DNA of 64,000 nt, from contig OY759353.1 in the NCBI GenBank assembly GCA_963662315.1, positions 2,752,001-2,816,000 on the forward strand. The letters are read 5' to 3'. Shown here piece after piece: positions 30,618-40,224 of the stretch. This DNA is from Geopsychrobacteraceae bacterium. GTDB lineage: Bacteria > Desulfobacterota > Desulfuromonadia > Desulfuromonadales > Geopsychrobacteraceae. A program made the translations under genes and the position numbers. Below the pieces are notes generated by a model, which saw only the letters and a program-made list of their open reading frames with translations, was not told the DNA's origin and did not search any database. The first letter of the stretch is position 1. The number at the start of each line of letters is the position of its first letter.

Positions 30618-31889
30618 ATGTTGAATCAAGGACACTACATCCGTGAAATTCGACTGGGCATCAAAAACCTGCTGCAGCACAAGCTGCGCTCGGCCCTGAC
30701 CATGCTGGGCATGGTGTTCGGCGTCGGCAGTGTCATCGCCATGCTGGCTGTCGGTGAGGGCGCCAGCCAGGAAGCCCTGGAACAGATCCGCCGCCTCGGC
30801 AGCAATAATATTATTATCTCCAGTCACAAACCGGTTGAAGAACAGAGCCAGGTCACGACGCGCTCCTTCATCAATATTTACGGTCTGCTTTACGAGGATG
30901 ACCTGCGTATTGCCGAAAGCTTCCCCCATGTGGTACGCACCGTTCCGGTCAAAATCAACCGCCAGGTCAGTCGCCTTGCCGACCAGGCCATGGACATGCG
31001 TGTGCTCGGCACGACACCCCAGTGGTTCTCGCTGGTCAAACGCCCGGTGATTGCCGGCCGAACCTTGAGCAGCAGCGATCTTGACCATCACGCCAGCACC
31101 GTTGTTCTGACTGAATACGGCAGTCGCCGCCTGCTGGTTAACAGCAGCACCATCGGGCAACAGATCCGGATCGGCAGTGATTATTTCGAGGTTGTCGGCA
31201 TCGTCAAAAGTGACAGTGGCCAGGGTACCGGCGTCCAGGTGCCGGACCAGCAGATTGATGCCTATATTCCCATCAATGTTATGCGTAACCGCTTTGGCGA
31301 CATGGTCACCCAGAGCACGGCCGGCAGCCGCAGTCGTGAGCTGATCGAACTGCACCAGATTATTGTTGAGGTTGATGATATCAACAATGTCGAAGCAACA
31401 GCCGCCGCGATCACCGCCATGCTGAAACGCTTTCACAAAAAAGAGGATTATAGCGTCGCAGTGCCGCTGGCATTGCTGCAGCAGGCTGAAGCGACCAAGC
31501 GGACTTTCAATATCGTCCTTGGTTCAATTGCCGGTATCAGTCTGCTGGTCGGTGGCATCGGCATCATGAACATCATGCTGGCTGCCGTCACCGAGCGCAC
31601 CCGCGAGATCGGCATCCGCCGCGCCATCGGCGCCAAGCGTAGTCAGATCATCAAACAGTTCCTGATCGAAACCGTCGTGCTTTCAACCACCGGCGGCCTT
31701 ACCGGTATTGCCGTCGGTCTGTTGATCCCCTGGCTGATTACCTTGCTGGCCGGCATGCCGACCATGGTGACCCCAATCAGCCTGTTGCTGTCCCTTGGCA
31801 TCAGCATGGTTATCGGCATTGTTTTCGGCCTTTACCCGGCGGTCAGAGCCGCTCGTCTCGATCCGATTGAAGCCTTGCGTCATGAGTAA
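30618..31889 (+). CDS. MacB/FtsX-type ABC permease
   Basis: [55 protein letters not shown]. Confidence 0.95.
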   Translation: MLNQGHYIREIRLGIKNLLQHKLRSALTMLGMVFGVGSVIAMLAVGEGASQEALEQIRRLGSNNIIISSHKPVEEQSQVTTRSFINIYGLLYEDDLRIAESFPHVVRTVPVKINRQVSRLADQAMDMRVLGTTPQWFSLVKRPVIAGRTLSSSDLDHHASTVVLTEYGSRRLLVNSSTIGQQIRIGSDYFEVVGIVKSDSGQGTGVQVPDQQIDAYIPINVMRNRFGDMVTQSTAGSRSRELIELHQIIVEVDDINNVEATAAAITAMLKRFHKKEDYSVAVPLALLQQAEATKRTFNIVLGSIAGISLLVGGIGIMNIMLAAVTERTREIGIRRAIGAKRSQIIKQFLIETVVLSTTGGLTGIAVGLLIPWLITLLAGMPTMVTPISLLLSLGISMVIGIVFGLYPAVRAARLDPIEALRHE

Positions 31890-31949
31890 AAACCTCCCTG
31901 AACAAAGGATTTAGGCGGGCATTGTGCAGGGGGCTTACAACATAATTAT

Positions 31950-31979
31950 TTGACAGAGAGGGGCTTGCTGATTTATATA
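31950..31979 (+). promoter_or_regulatory. Putative sigma70 promoter for gltBD
   Basis: TTGACA at 31950, then TTATAT/TATATA 17-18 bp downstream. Confidence 0.45.
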
Positions 31980-32291
31980 GGAGGACTGTTATAACGGGTG
32001 CTGAACTTCTACAAGCACTTCGGGAAAGCCCAGTCTCGGCAATTATTACACTGGCATCAATCCCTTTACATTCAGATAAAACCCACTTTCGACACAGGTT
32101 ATAGAGACATCCTGAGTCGCTTGCATTGGCACATAGGCGTGCAGTAGCTAGAGTTGCGCACTGCTTGCCAATCTGTTGATGCTGGATTCGTTAAGGTCTC
32201 TCCAGCCACGGGACAGAACAGGACGAACCGGTCTCCGGTGCAGCCATCGTGCTGTAATGCTGCTGTTCGCCCCAGAACCCAGGAACAGACT

Positions 32292-35200
32292 ATGAAGAAA
32301 CACATGAGTATGCCGCCCGCCCAGGGCCTGTACGATCCGGCCAATGAGCACGATAACTGTGGAGTCGGCTTTGTTGCCAACATTAAGGGAAAGAAAAGCC
32401 ACAGCATAGTTGAACGTGGCATTGAGATTCTGTGCAACCTGACCCACCGCGGCGCTGTTGGCGCAGACCCATTGGATGGCGACGGAGCCGGTCTGATGAT
32501 TCAGATGCCGGATGCGTTCTATCGCGACATCTGTGAATTCGATCTGCCTCCAGTCGGCCAGTACGGCGCCGGAATTGTTTTTCTGCCACAGAACGACAAT
32601 AACCGCGAAGCCTGCATTGAGACTCTCAATCGCCAGATCACCCGCGTTGGCTGCAGCCTGCTTGGCTGGCGTGAAATTCCCACCGACAGCAGCAATATCG
32701 GTCGCAATGCGCGTTCGGTTGAACCTCGTGTTATGCAGATTTTTGTCGGCCTCGGTAATGTAGAGGAGTCCCAGTTTGAACTGATGCTGTACCTGGCGCG
32801 CAAGCGTGCCGAAAACGCGGTCCGCAACGATCAGCTTGCCGGTGGCGAGATGTTTTACGTCAACTCACTGTCGAGCCGTACCATTCTTTACAAAGGAATG
32901 CTGCTCTCCGAACAGCTCAATACCTTTTTCCCGGAATTGGGAGATGAGCGGGTTGTCAGTGCCATTGCCTTTGTTCACCAGCGTTACAGCACCAATACTT
33001 TCCCGACCTGGGATCTGGCGCAGCCATTCCGTTACGTTGCCCACAATGGTGAAATCAACACCCTGCGCGGCAACATCAACCGCATGAAAGCCCGTACCGC
33101 GCTGTTTGCCCATATGGATCTGGCCGAGGGGATTGCAGACCTGGACCCGGTTATTATCGAAGGCAGCTCTGACACCGCATGTCTCGACAACGCCCTTGAG
33201 CTTCTGGTTGTAACCGGTCGCAGTCTGGCTCATTCCCTGGCGATGATGATTCCTGAGGCCTGGGCCTCAAAAGCCAATCTGCATCCGCATATCAAGGGTT
33301 TCTTTGAATACCACGCAACCATGATGGAACCATGGGATGGTCCGGCCAACATCGTCGCCTGCGACGGCAAACAGGTCGTTGCCATTCTTGACCGCAACGG
33401 TCTGCGTCCGGCGCGTTACTGGATCACTGCGGATGATGAAATCATTTATGCCTCTGAAGCCGGTGTTCTTGATGTTCCGGCCGACAAGATCCTGCGCAAG
33501 GAACGCCTGGCCCCGGGCAAAATGATCATGGTCGATGTCGAAGCCGGGACCTTCAAAGAAGACCAGGAAATCAAGCATGAACTGGCCACCCAGCATCCTT
33601 ACTCAGCCTGGGTCAGCGAATACCTGATTCGCCTCGAAGACCTGCCAGCACCTGCGACCAAAAAGGTGCCGAGCTATGGTGAACTACGGCGTACCCAGGG
33701 CAGCTTTGGTTACACACTGGAAGAAATGAAGGTGATCATCGGCCCCATGGCCCTGAACGCCCAGGAACCGGTTGGGTCCATGGGTACTGACACGCCGACA
33801 GCTGTACTGTCCGACCGCAGTAAACTGATCTACTGGTACTTCAAGCAGCTGTTTGCCCAGATTACCAATCCACCGATCGACCCGCTGCGTGAAGAAATTG
33901 TTATGAGCCTGACCCAGTACCTGGGACCAGCCCGTAACATCCTGATGCCTGGTCCTGAGCATTGCCAGATGTTGGAGATCGATCACCCGATCATCACCAA
34001 CGATGTGCTTGAGCAGCTGCGTCACAGTGACTTGCCTAACTTCCGCGGCACCACCTTGAGTACCCTGTTTGATGTCAGCTACGGCCCTGAGGGTCTTGAG
34101 CGGCGCATGGAAGAACTGTTTGTCGAAGCGGAAGCCGCGGTCGACAGCGGTCGTACCATCGTCGTCCTCTCCGACCGCGGTGTCAGTGCTGAAAAAGCGC
34201 CGATTCCAGCCCTGCTGGCCTTAGCCGGTATTCACCACCACCTGATCCGCGTCGGTAAGCGCAGTCAGTGTTCACTGATTGTTGAAACCGGTGAAGCCCG
34301 CGAAGTACACCACTTTGCCCTGCTGATTGGCTTTGGTGCTGCGGCCATCAACCCTTACCTGACCTTTGAAACCCTGCAGGACATGGTCAACCAGGGAATG
34401 CTGCCCGGCAAAGACGGCAATGATCAGGCGGATGAAACCCTGGATGTCATCAACAAGTACATCCATAACTTCATCAAAGCGGTTGGCAAGGGTCTGCTCA
34501 AGGTCTTTTCTAAAATGGGGATCAGCACCCTGCAAAGTTACTGTGCCGCTCAGATTTTTGAGATCATCGGCCTGAATGAAGAGTTCACCGCCAAATACTT
34601 CCCTGGCACCTCCAGCCGTATCGGTGGAGCCGGGATTAAAGAGATCGCCACCGAAAGTCTGATGCGCCACAACGTTGCCTTTGCTGATCTGATTGACAGC
34701 AACCGCGATCTGGATCGTGGTTCTGAATATTCCTGGCGTCGGGATGGCGAACTGCACCTGATGAACCCGGAAGTCATTGCCCTGCTGCAGCACGCTGTAC
34801 GTTCCGGAAGCCGTGAAGATTTCCGCAAGTTCTCCGAGCAGGTTGACAACCAGAGCGAGAAACTCTTTACCCTGCGTGGCCTGTTCAAATTCAACAAGTC
34901 CAACCAGCCCGTTCCGCTGGAGGAAGTTGAACCGGTCAGCGCCATTGTCAAACGCTTCTGTACCGGCGCCATGAGTATGGGCTCCATCTCCGCTGAAGCC
35001 CACGAGACGCTGGCCATCGCCATGAACAAAATCGGTGGCAAATCAAACACCGGTGAAGGTGGCGAGGATCCACGCCGCTTCACTCCTGACGCCAATGGTG
35101 ATCTGCGCCGCAGTTCCATCAAACAGGTTGCTTCGGGACGTTTTGGTGTTACCCCGCACTACCTGGTTAATGCCGATGAACTGCAGATCAAAATTGCTCA

Positions 35201-36857
35201 GGGCGCAAAGCCTGGCGAAGGTGGTCAGTTACCGGGACACAAGGTCACCGAATATATCGGTGATCTGCGTTACAGTCTGCCTGGCGTAACCCTGATTTCG
35301 CCTCCTCCGCACCATGATATCTATTCTATTGAGGATATGGCCCAGCTTATCTTTGACCTGAAAAACTGTAACCCGAAAGCGGACATTACCGTCAAACTGG
35401 TCAGTGAAGTCGGGGTTGGAACGGTTGCCGCAGGGGTCAGTAAAGGTCATGCTGAGCGCGTTATCATCTCCGGATACGATGGTGGTACCGGCGCTTCGCC
35501 GATCTCCTCCATCAAACACGCCGGGGTGCCGTGGGAAATCGGTCTGGCAGAAACTCAACAGACCCTCGTCCTCAACGACCTGCGCGGCCGTATTATCGTG
35601 CAGACCGATGGTCAGCTGCGGACTGCCCGTGATGTCGTTATTGCGGCAATGCTCGGCGCTGAAGAATACGCTTTTGCCACGGTTGCCCTGGTTACTGTCG
35701 GCTGTATCATGATGCGCAAGTGTCACCTCAACACCTGCCCGGTCGGGGTTGCAACCCAGGATGCCGCTCTGCGCGGCAAGTTTGCCGGTAAACCAGAGCA
35801 CGTTATCAACTACTTCAACTTCCTCGCCGAGGAAATTCGTGAGCTGATGGCGGAACTCGGGGTTCGTTCCCTTGACGAACTGATCGGTCAGACGCAGTAC
35901 CTGCAGATGGACGACGCCATCAAGCACTGGAAAAACCAGGGCCTTGACTACTCACGGATTCTGGTTAAACCGGAAGTTGGCGCAGATGTCGCCATCCGAC
36001 GGATTCAGGGGCAGGACCATGGCCTCGAAAAACAGCTTGATCACCGTCTGATCAACCTTGCAGCGCCGGCTCTGGAACGCAAAGATCCGGTCACCATTGA
36101 GCTGTCGATCAAAAACTCCAACCGGACCTTCGGCACCATGTTGTCCGGCATGGTCGCCAGCATGCACGGCCGCGAAGGACTGCCAGCGGGGACCATCAAC
36201 GTTAAACTCAACGGTATCGCTGGTCAGAGTTTCGGTGCCTTCCTGGCTCCGGGGATCAACCTGCACCTGGTTGGGGAAGCCAACGACTATGTCGGAAAAG
36301 GCATGGCCGGTGGTCGCATCAGTATTCGACCTGATGAAAAAGCGGCTTTCGTCTGGAGCGATAATTCCATCGTCGGCAATACCGTCCTCTACGGTGCTAC
36401 CGGTGGCGAGGCCTACTTTGCCGGTAAAGCCGGTGAACGCTTCTGTGTCCGTAACTCAGGCGTAACGGCTGTTGTTGAAGGTACCGGCGATCATGGTTGC
36501 GAATATATGACCGGTGGCCGGGTTGTCTGTCTGGGTCGTACCGGACGCAACTTCGCAGCGGGCATGTCCGGTGGTCTCGCTTACGTTTTCGATGACGATA
36601 ACCGCTTCAGAAGACGCTGTAACCCAGCCATGGTCGATATCGAGCAGATGGCTGCCAGCGATGAAGATGTTGCCGAACTTAAGAAAATTATCTCTACCCA
36701 TTACGAATTGACCGGGTCTCCACGTGCGGCACAAATACTTGCCGACTGGAATAACTACGTGACACGCTTTGTGCGTGTCTTCCCTCACGAATACCGCCGG
36801 GTGCTGAATGAAATGGCAGCCAAGGCAGAATCAGCAAAGGAGGCCGTCCATGGGTGA
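32292..36857 (+). CDS. gltB: Glutamate synthase large subunit
   Basis: EHDNCGVGF Ntn Cys, HQRYSTNTFP, HNGEINT, IKQVASGRFGV, QGAKPGEGGQLPG, CIMMRKCHLNTCPVG, C-terminal GXGXG domain. Confidence 0.98.
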   Translation: MKKHMSMPPAQGLYDPANEHDNCGVGFVANIKGKKSHSIVERGIEILCNLTHRGAVGADPLDGDGAGLMIQMPDAFYRDICEFDLPPVGQYGAGIVFLPQNDNNREACIETLNRQITRVGCSLLGWREIPTDSSNIGRNARSVEPRVMQIFVGLGNVEESQFELMLYLARKRAENAVRNDQLAGGEMFYVNSLSSRTILYKGMLLSEQLNTFFPELGDERVVSAIAFVHQRYSTNTFPTWDLAQPFRYVAHNGEINTLRGNINRMKARTALFAHMDLAEGIADLDPVIIEGSSDTACLDNALELLVVTGRSLAHSLAMMIPEAWASKANLHPHIKGFFEYHATMMEPWDGPANIVACDGKQVVAILDRNGLRPARYWITADDEIIYASEAGVLDVPADKILRKERLAPGKMIMVDVEAGTFKEDQEIKHELATQHPYSAWVSEYLIRLEDLPAPATKKVPSYGELRRTQGSFGYTLEEMKVIIGPMALNAQEPVGSMGTDTPTAVLSDRSKLIYWYFKQLFAQITNPPIDPLREEIVMSLTQYLGPARNILMPGPEHCQMLEIDHPIITNDVLEQLRHSDLPNFRGTTLSTLFDVSYGPEGLERRMEELFVEAEAAVDSGRTIVVLSDRGVSAEKAPIPALLALAGIHHHLIRVGKRSQCSLIVETGEAREVHHFALLIGFGAAAINPYLTFETLQDMVNQGMLPGKDGNDQADETLDVINKYIHNFIKAVGKGLLKVFSKMGISTLQSYCAAQIFEIIGLNEEFTAKYFPGTSSRIGGAGIKEIATESLMRHNVAFADLIDSNRDLDRGSEYSWRRDGELHLMNPEVIALLQHAVRSGSREDFRKFSEQVDNQSEKLFTLRGLFKFNKSNQPVPLEEVEPVSAIVKRFCTGAMSMGSISAEAHETLAIAMNKIGGKSNTGEGGEDPRRFTPDANGDLRRSSIKQVASGRFGVTPHYLVNADELQIKIAQGAKPGEGGQLPGHKVTEYIGDLRYSLPGVTLISPPPHHDIYSIEDMAQLIFDLKNCNPKADITVKLVSEVGVGTVAAGVSKGHAERVIISGYDGGTGASPISSIKHAGVPWEIGLAETQQTLVLNDLRGRIIVQTDGQLRTARDVVIAAMLGAEEYAFATVALVTVGCIMMRKCHLNTCPVGVATQDAALRGKFAGKPEHVINYFNFLAEEIRELMAELGVRSLDELIGQTQYLQMDDAIKHWKNQGLDYSRILVKPEVGADVAIRRIQGQDHGLEKQLDHRLINLAAPALERKDPVTIELSIKNSNRTFGTMLSGMVASMHGREGLPAGTINVKLNGIAGQSFGAFLAPGINLHLVGEANDYVGKGMAGGRISIRPDEKAAFVWSDNSIVGNTVLYGATGGEAYFAGKAGERFCVRNSGVTAVVEGTGDHGCEYMTGGRVVCLGRTGRNFAAGMSGGLAYVFDDDNRFRRRCNPAMVDIEQMAASDEDVAELKKIISTHYELTGSPRAAQILADWNNYVTRFVRVFPHEYRRVLNEMAAKAESAKEAVHG

Positions 36858-38328
36858 TCCTCGCGGCTTTATGAAATTCGGACGTCAGGACAAGACGATT
36901 CAAGCTGTCCATGACCGTCTCAATCATCATAACGAACATTACAACTATCCCAGTGAGGAAGAAGTCAAAACTCAGGCCTCACGCTGTATGGATTGCGGCG
37001 TCCCCTTCTGCATGACCGGTTGTCCGCTGGGCAACCTGATTCCGGAATGGAACGACCTGGTTTACCGTGGTCAGTGGCGCCAGGCCTTACAGGCACTGCA
37101 GGCAACCAACAATTTCCCCGAATTTACGGGTCGTGTCTGCCCTGCTCCCTGCGAAACGTCCTGCGTTCTTGGCATTATCGAGCCCGCGGTTTCTATTAAG
37201 CTGCACGAAGTCTCGATCATTGACAAAGCGTTTGAACAGGGCTGGATCGTTCCTCAGCCACCGATCAAAAGAAGTGGCAAAAAGGTTGCCATTATTGGTG
37301 GCGGCCCCGCTGGCCTCGCCTGTGCCCAGCAGCTGAACCGCGCTGGTCATGAAGTCACTGTCTACGAAAAATCCGACCGCGCCGGTGGCTTGCTGATGTA
37401 CGGCATCCCCCATTACAAACTGCGCAAGGAAAAGGTGCAGCGGCGTATTGACCTGCTCGAAGCTGAAGGAATCACCTTCTGTTTCAACAGTGAAGTCGGC
37501 ACCACGGTCGCTTACAGTGACCTTAAAGCCGCCAACGATGCCGTCGTTGTTGCTACCGGAGCCGAAGAACCTCGTGACCTGCCGGTTCAAGGACGCGATC
37601 TGGACGGTATTCATTTCGCCATGGAATTTTTGCCGCAACAGAACAAATCCAACTGGGGCGACTTCAATACTGCCGAACTGCATCCTAAAAAGCTGCCGAT
37701 CAATGCTCAAGGCAAACGGGTAATTGTCATCGGTGGTGGCGATACCGGCTCTGACTGTATCGGTACCTCGATCCGCCAGGGAGCAACCAGCGTAGTCAAC
37801 TTCGAGCTGCTGGGCCAGCCACCGCTGGAACGCGCCCAAAACAATCCATGGCCACAATGGTCAAGGATTCTGCGCATCAGCTCTTCCATGGAAGAAATGC
37901 AGGTCATGGGCGGCGATGTTCACTACGAAATCATGACGACGCGTTTTATCGGTAGTGGCCGTAAAGTGACCGGGCTTGAAACGGTTGAGGTTGACTGGTC
38001 CAGCGGCAAACCGGAAAAGGTTGCCGGTAGTGAAAAGATCTGGAAGTGCGACCTGGTCCTGCTGGCCATGGGTTTCCTTGGTCCGCGTTCCGGACTGGTT
38101 GGGGCCATTGGCTGTGATACCGACCCTCGCTCCAACATTAAGACCGATCCCAAAACGCGCATGAGCTCTGTTGATGGTGTCTTTGCCGCTGGTGACTGCC
38201 GCCGTGGTCAGAGTCTTGTGGTCTGGGCCATTGCTGAAGGGCGTGAAGTTGCCCGCTGCGTTGACGAGTACCTGATGAATAAACCCAGCCTGCTGCCTAA
38301 AGTCAGACTGGAAACTTTCCAGTATTAA
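36850..38328 (+). CDS. gltD: Glutamate synthase small subunit
   Basis: RCMDCGVPFC...CP, TNNFPEFTGRVCPAPCE, GGGPAG, GGGDTGSDC, RRGQSLVVWAI. Confidence 0.97.
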   Translation: MGDPRGFMKFGRQDKTIQAVHDRLNHHNEHYNYPSEEEVKTQASRCMDCGVPFCMTGCPLGNLIPEWNDLVYRGQWRQALQALQATNNFPEFTGRVCPAPCETSCVLGIIEPAVSIKLHEVSIIDKAFEQGWIVPQPPIKRSGKKVAIIGGGPAGLACAQQLNRAGHEVTVYEKSDRAGGLLMYGIPHYKLRKEKVQRRIDLLEAEGITFCFNSEVGTTVAYSDLKAANDAVVVATGAEEPRDLPVQGRDLDGIHFAMEFLPQQNKSNWGDFNTAELHPKKLPINAQGKRVIVIGGGDTGSDCIGTSIRQGATSVVNFELLGQPPLERAQNNPWPQWSRILRISSSMEEMQVMGGDVHYEIMTTRFIGSGRKVTGLETVEVDWSSGKPEKVAGSEKIWKCDLVLLAMGFLGPRSGLVGAIGCDTDPRSNIKTDPKTRMSSVDGVFAAGDCRRGQSLVVWAIAEGREVARCVDEYLMNKPSLLPKVRLETFQY

Positions 38329-38350
38329 GCCAACATGGTTTAACACATAC

Positions 38351-38381
38351 GCCCCGGTTACTTGTAACCGGGGCTTTTTTA
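38351..38381 (+). terminator. Intrinsic terminator after gltD
   Basis: GCCCCGGTTAC-TT-GTAACCGGGGC followed by T6. Confidence 0.85.
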
Positions 38382-38723
38382 TTCGTGAGATCAACTCCCT
38401 AGACATTTTTGCCTGATCAGGCTCCGACATGCTGCTATTAGAATTTATATCGGCACTTAAAGAGTATGTGTCCCCCCCAAAAAAAAGAAAAGATCCTTGC
38501 TGAACGCCTCATCGATACGATCAGTGCGGGCCAAGCTGCACAGTGCCTCGCGATCGAAGCGCTTAGCGAATTCACGACTCAAGCAATCTGCTCCATTGGC
38601 CAGCAGCATGACATCCCTTATGAATCTGCCCAGTGAGAGGTTTTGCGCATAATTGCTGAAATTACCTGTATTGACGCACCAGAACCGCTATAATAGGGAC
38701 TGGTTTTCATTTAACAGGAGCGA

Positions 38724-40013
38724 ATGATGAGTATAGTCGATGATCTGCTGCAAGACATGCCACTGCCCAAAATGTTCCGGGTCCGTCAACTGTTCAAAGA
38801 CGCAGCCATTCAAGATATTCAAGCCGTTCTTACCGAACAATTCAGTCAACCTGCCATTGAGCAAAGCATCAAGCCAGGGGATCGGATCGCCATAGCGGTC
38901 GGCAGCCGCGGCATGAACCGCTTGCAGGAACTGGTCAAAACAACCATTGCAGAACTGAAACAGCGCGGTGCCGAACCTTTCGTGGTGCCGTCCATGGGCA
39001 GCCACGGTGGTGCTACGGCTGTCGGGCAGAAGCATGTCCTTGAAGAACTGGGGATCACGGAAACAGCGGTCGGCTGCCCGATTATCTCCTCTATGGAGAC
39101 AATTGAATTAGGTAAACTGGCCAATGGCTTACCAATACTCATCGACAAAGAAGCGATGCAGGCTGACGGCATCGTCATCATCAACCGCATCAAACCCCAC
39201 ACCAGCTTCAGCGGCCCTCTAGAGAGCGGATTGGTCAAAATGCTGTCCATTGGCCTCGGCAAGCAGCAGGGGGCCGATTCCTGCCACGCCATGGGCTTTG
39301 GTCACATGGCCGTCAACATTGTCGAGATGGCCAAAATCAAGATCGCCAAGGCACCTATCCTGTTCGGCATCGCGACCATTGAAAACGCCTATGATAAAAT
39401 CGCCAAGATCAGAGTGATTCCTGCTGCCGCAATTATCGAAGAGGAAAAGCAGCTGTTAATTGAAGCGAAAGCGAGCATGCCACGCATTCTCTTCAACCCT
39501 CTTGATATCCTGATTGTCGATGAAATGGGCAAGCAGTTTTCCGGAACCGGCACCGACCCTAATATTACCGGCCGGGCAGCGACCCCATATCTTGACCTGA
39601 AGCAGCAGATCACCAAGATGGCGATCCTCGACTTAAGTGCCACCAGTCACGGAAATGCCACGGGTGTTGGCCTGGCGGATATCTGCACCCAACGCCTGGT
39701 CGACAAAATCGATTTCGACGCCACCTATGCCAACCACATCACCTCCACGGTGCTGACCCACGGCAAAATACCGGTCACTATGAAAAACGACCAGCGAGCC
39801 CTGCAATTAGCGGTAAAAACCTCGAACTGTCTTGATTTCTCAAAACTTCGGGCCGTCCGTGTGCCCAACACGCTGCTGATCGAAAATATCCTCATTTCAG
39901 AAGGGCTGCTGGAAGAAGCGAAGGCTAATCCAGATGTGGAGGTGACTGATATTGTGCATGACTGGACGTTTGATGAGGAAGGTAATCTGACGGATATCGG
40001 GAAATGGTGTTAA
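38724..40013 (+). CDS. LarA-like (lactate racemase N-terminal domain / DUF362-like) protein
   Basis: AIAVGSRG, PSMGSHGGATA.GQ, INRIKPHT, SGLVKMLSIGLGK, GKQFSGTGTDPN, HGNATGVGLAD. Confidence 0.75.
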   Translation: MMSIVDDLLQDMPLPKMFRVRQLFKDAAIQDIQAVLTEQFSQPAIEQSIKPGDRIAIAVGSRGMNRLQELVKTTIAELKQRGAEPFVVPSMGSHGGATAVGQKHVLEELGITETAVGCPIISSMETIELGKLANGLPILIDKEAMQADGIVIINRIKPHTSFSGPLESGLVKMLSIGLGKQQGADSCHAMGFGHMAVNIVEMAKIKIAKAPILFGIATIENAYDKIAKIRVIPAAAIIEEEKQLLIEAKASMPRILFNPLDILIVDEMGKQFSGTGTDPNITGRAATPYLDLKQQITKMAILDLSATSHGNATGVGLADICTQRLVDKIDFDATYANHITSTVLTHGKIPVTMKNDQRALQLAVKTSNCLDFSKLRAVRVPNTLLIENILISEGLLEEAKANPDVEVTDIVHDWTFDEEGNLTDIGKWC

Positions 40014-40018
40014 ATATA

Positions 40019-40186
40019 GTCTGCCCATCGGGCGCGATCTTGGCCGTTGGCCAGCGGGTCAAATGCTGGCAGCTACCTCGAAAAAACCGCACGAACACGG
40101 ACATATTAAAGAGAGTCACTTTTGTTTACTTTTTGTGACTTGATTGTGACAAAAAGTATGTCGCCTGCAGGGGCTAGACCCTGCGA
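40019..40186 (+). repeat. Dispersed repeat family A, copy 3 (most complete)
   Basis: Contains TACTTTTTGT...ACAAAAAGTA and GCAGGG-GCTAGA-CCCTGC hairpins; homologous to 26160-26308. Confidence 0.75.
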
Positions 40187-40224
40187 TCCTTCTTTATTCT
40201 TCTTGATCCTAAATCAGTGGCCAT
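40174..40224 (-). pseudogene. Truncated partner gene MATDLGSRRIKKDRRV*
   Basis: GAGGAGGGG RBS; ATG overlaps the end of the upstream gene; first 10 aa match MSNDLGSYRI of 43121-43528 at 7 positions; stop lies inside repeat A. Confidence 0.6.

Noticed and set aside
30153..31436. 427-aa antisense ORF and the many other shadow ORFs over gltB, rnf, pfl and the phosphatase
   Set aside because: They overlap well-supported genes on the opposite strand or in another frame and show no motifs
32127..32143. sigma54-like TGGCAC...TGCA upstream of gltB
   Set aside because: GG-to-GC spacing is 11 nt, not the required 10
38671..38694. TTGACG...TATAAT promoter for the LarA-like gene
   Set aside because: Spacer is only 12 bp; only the -10 box is credible
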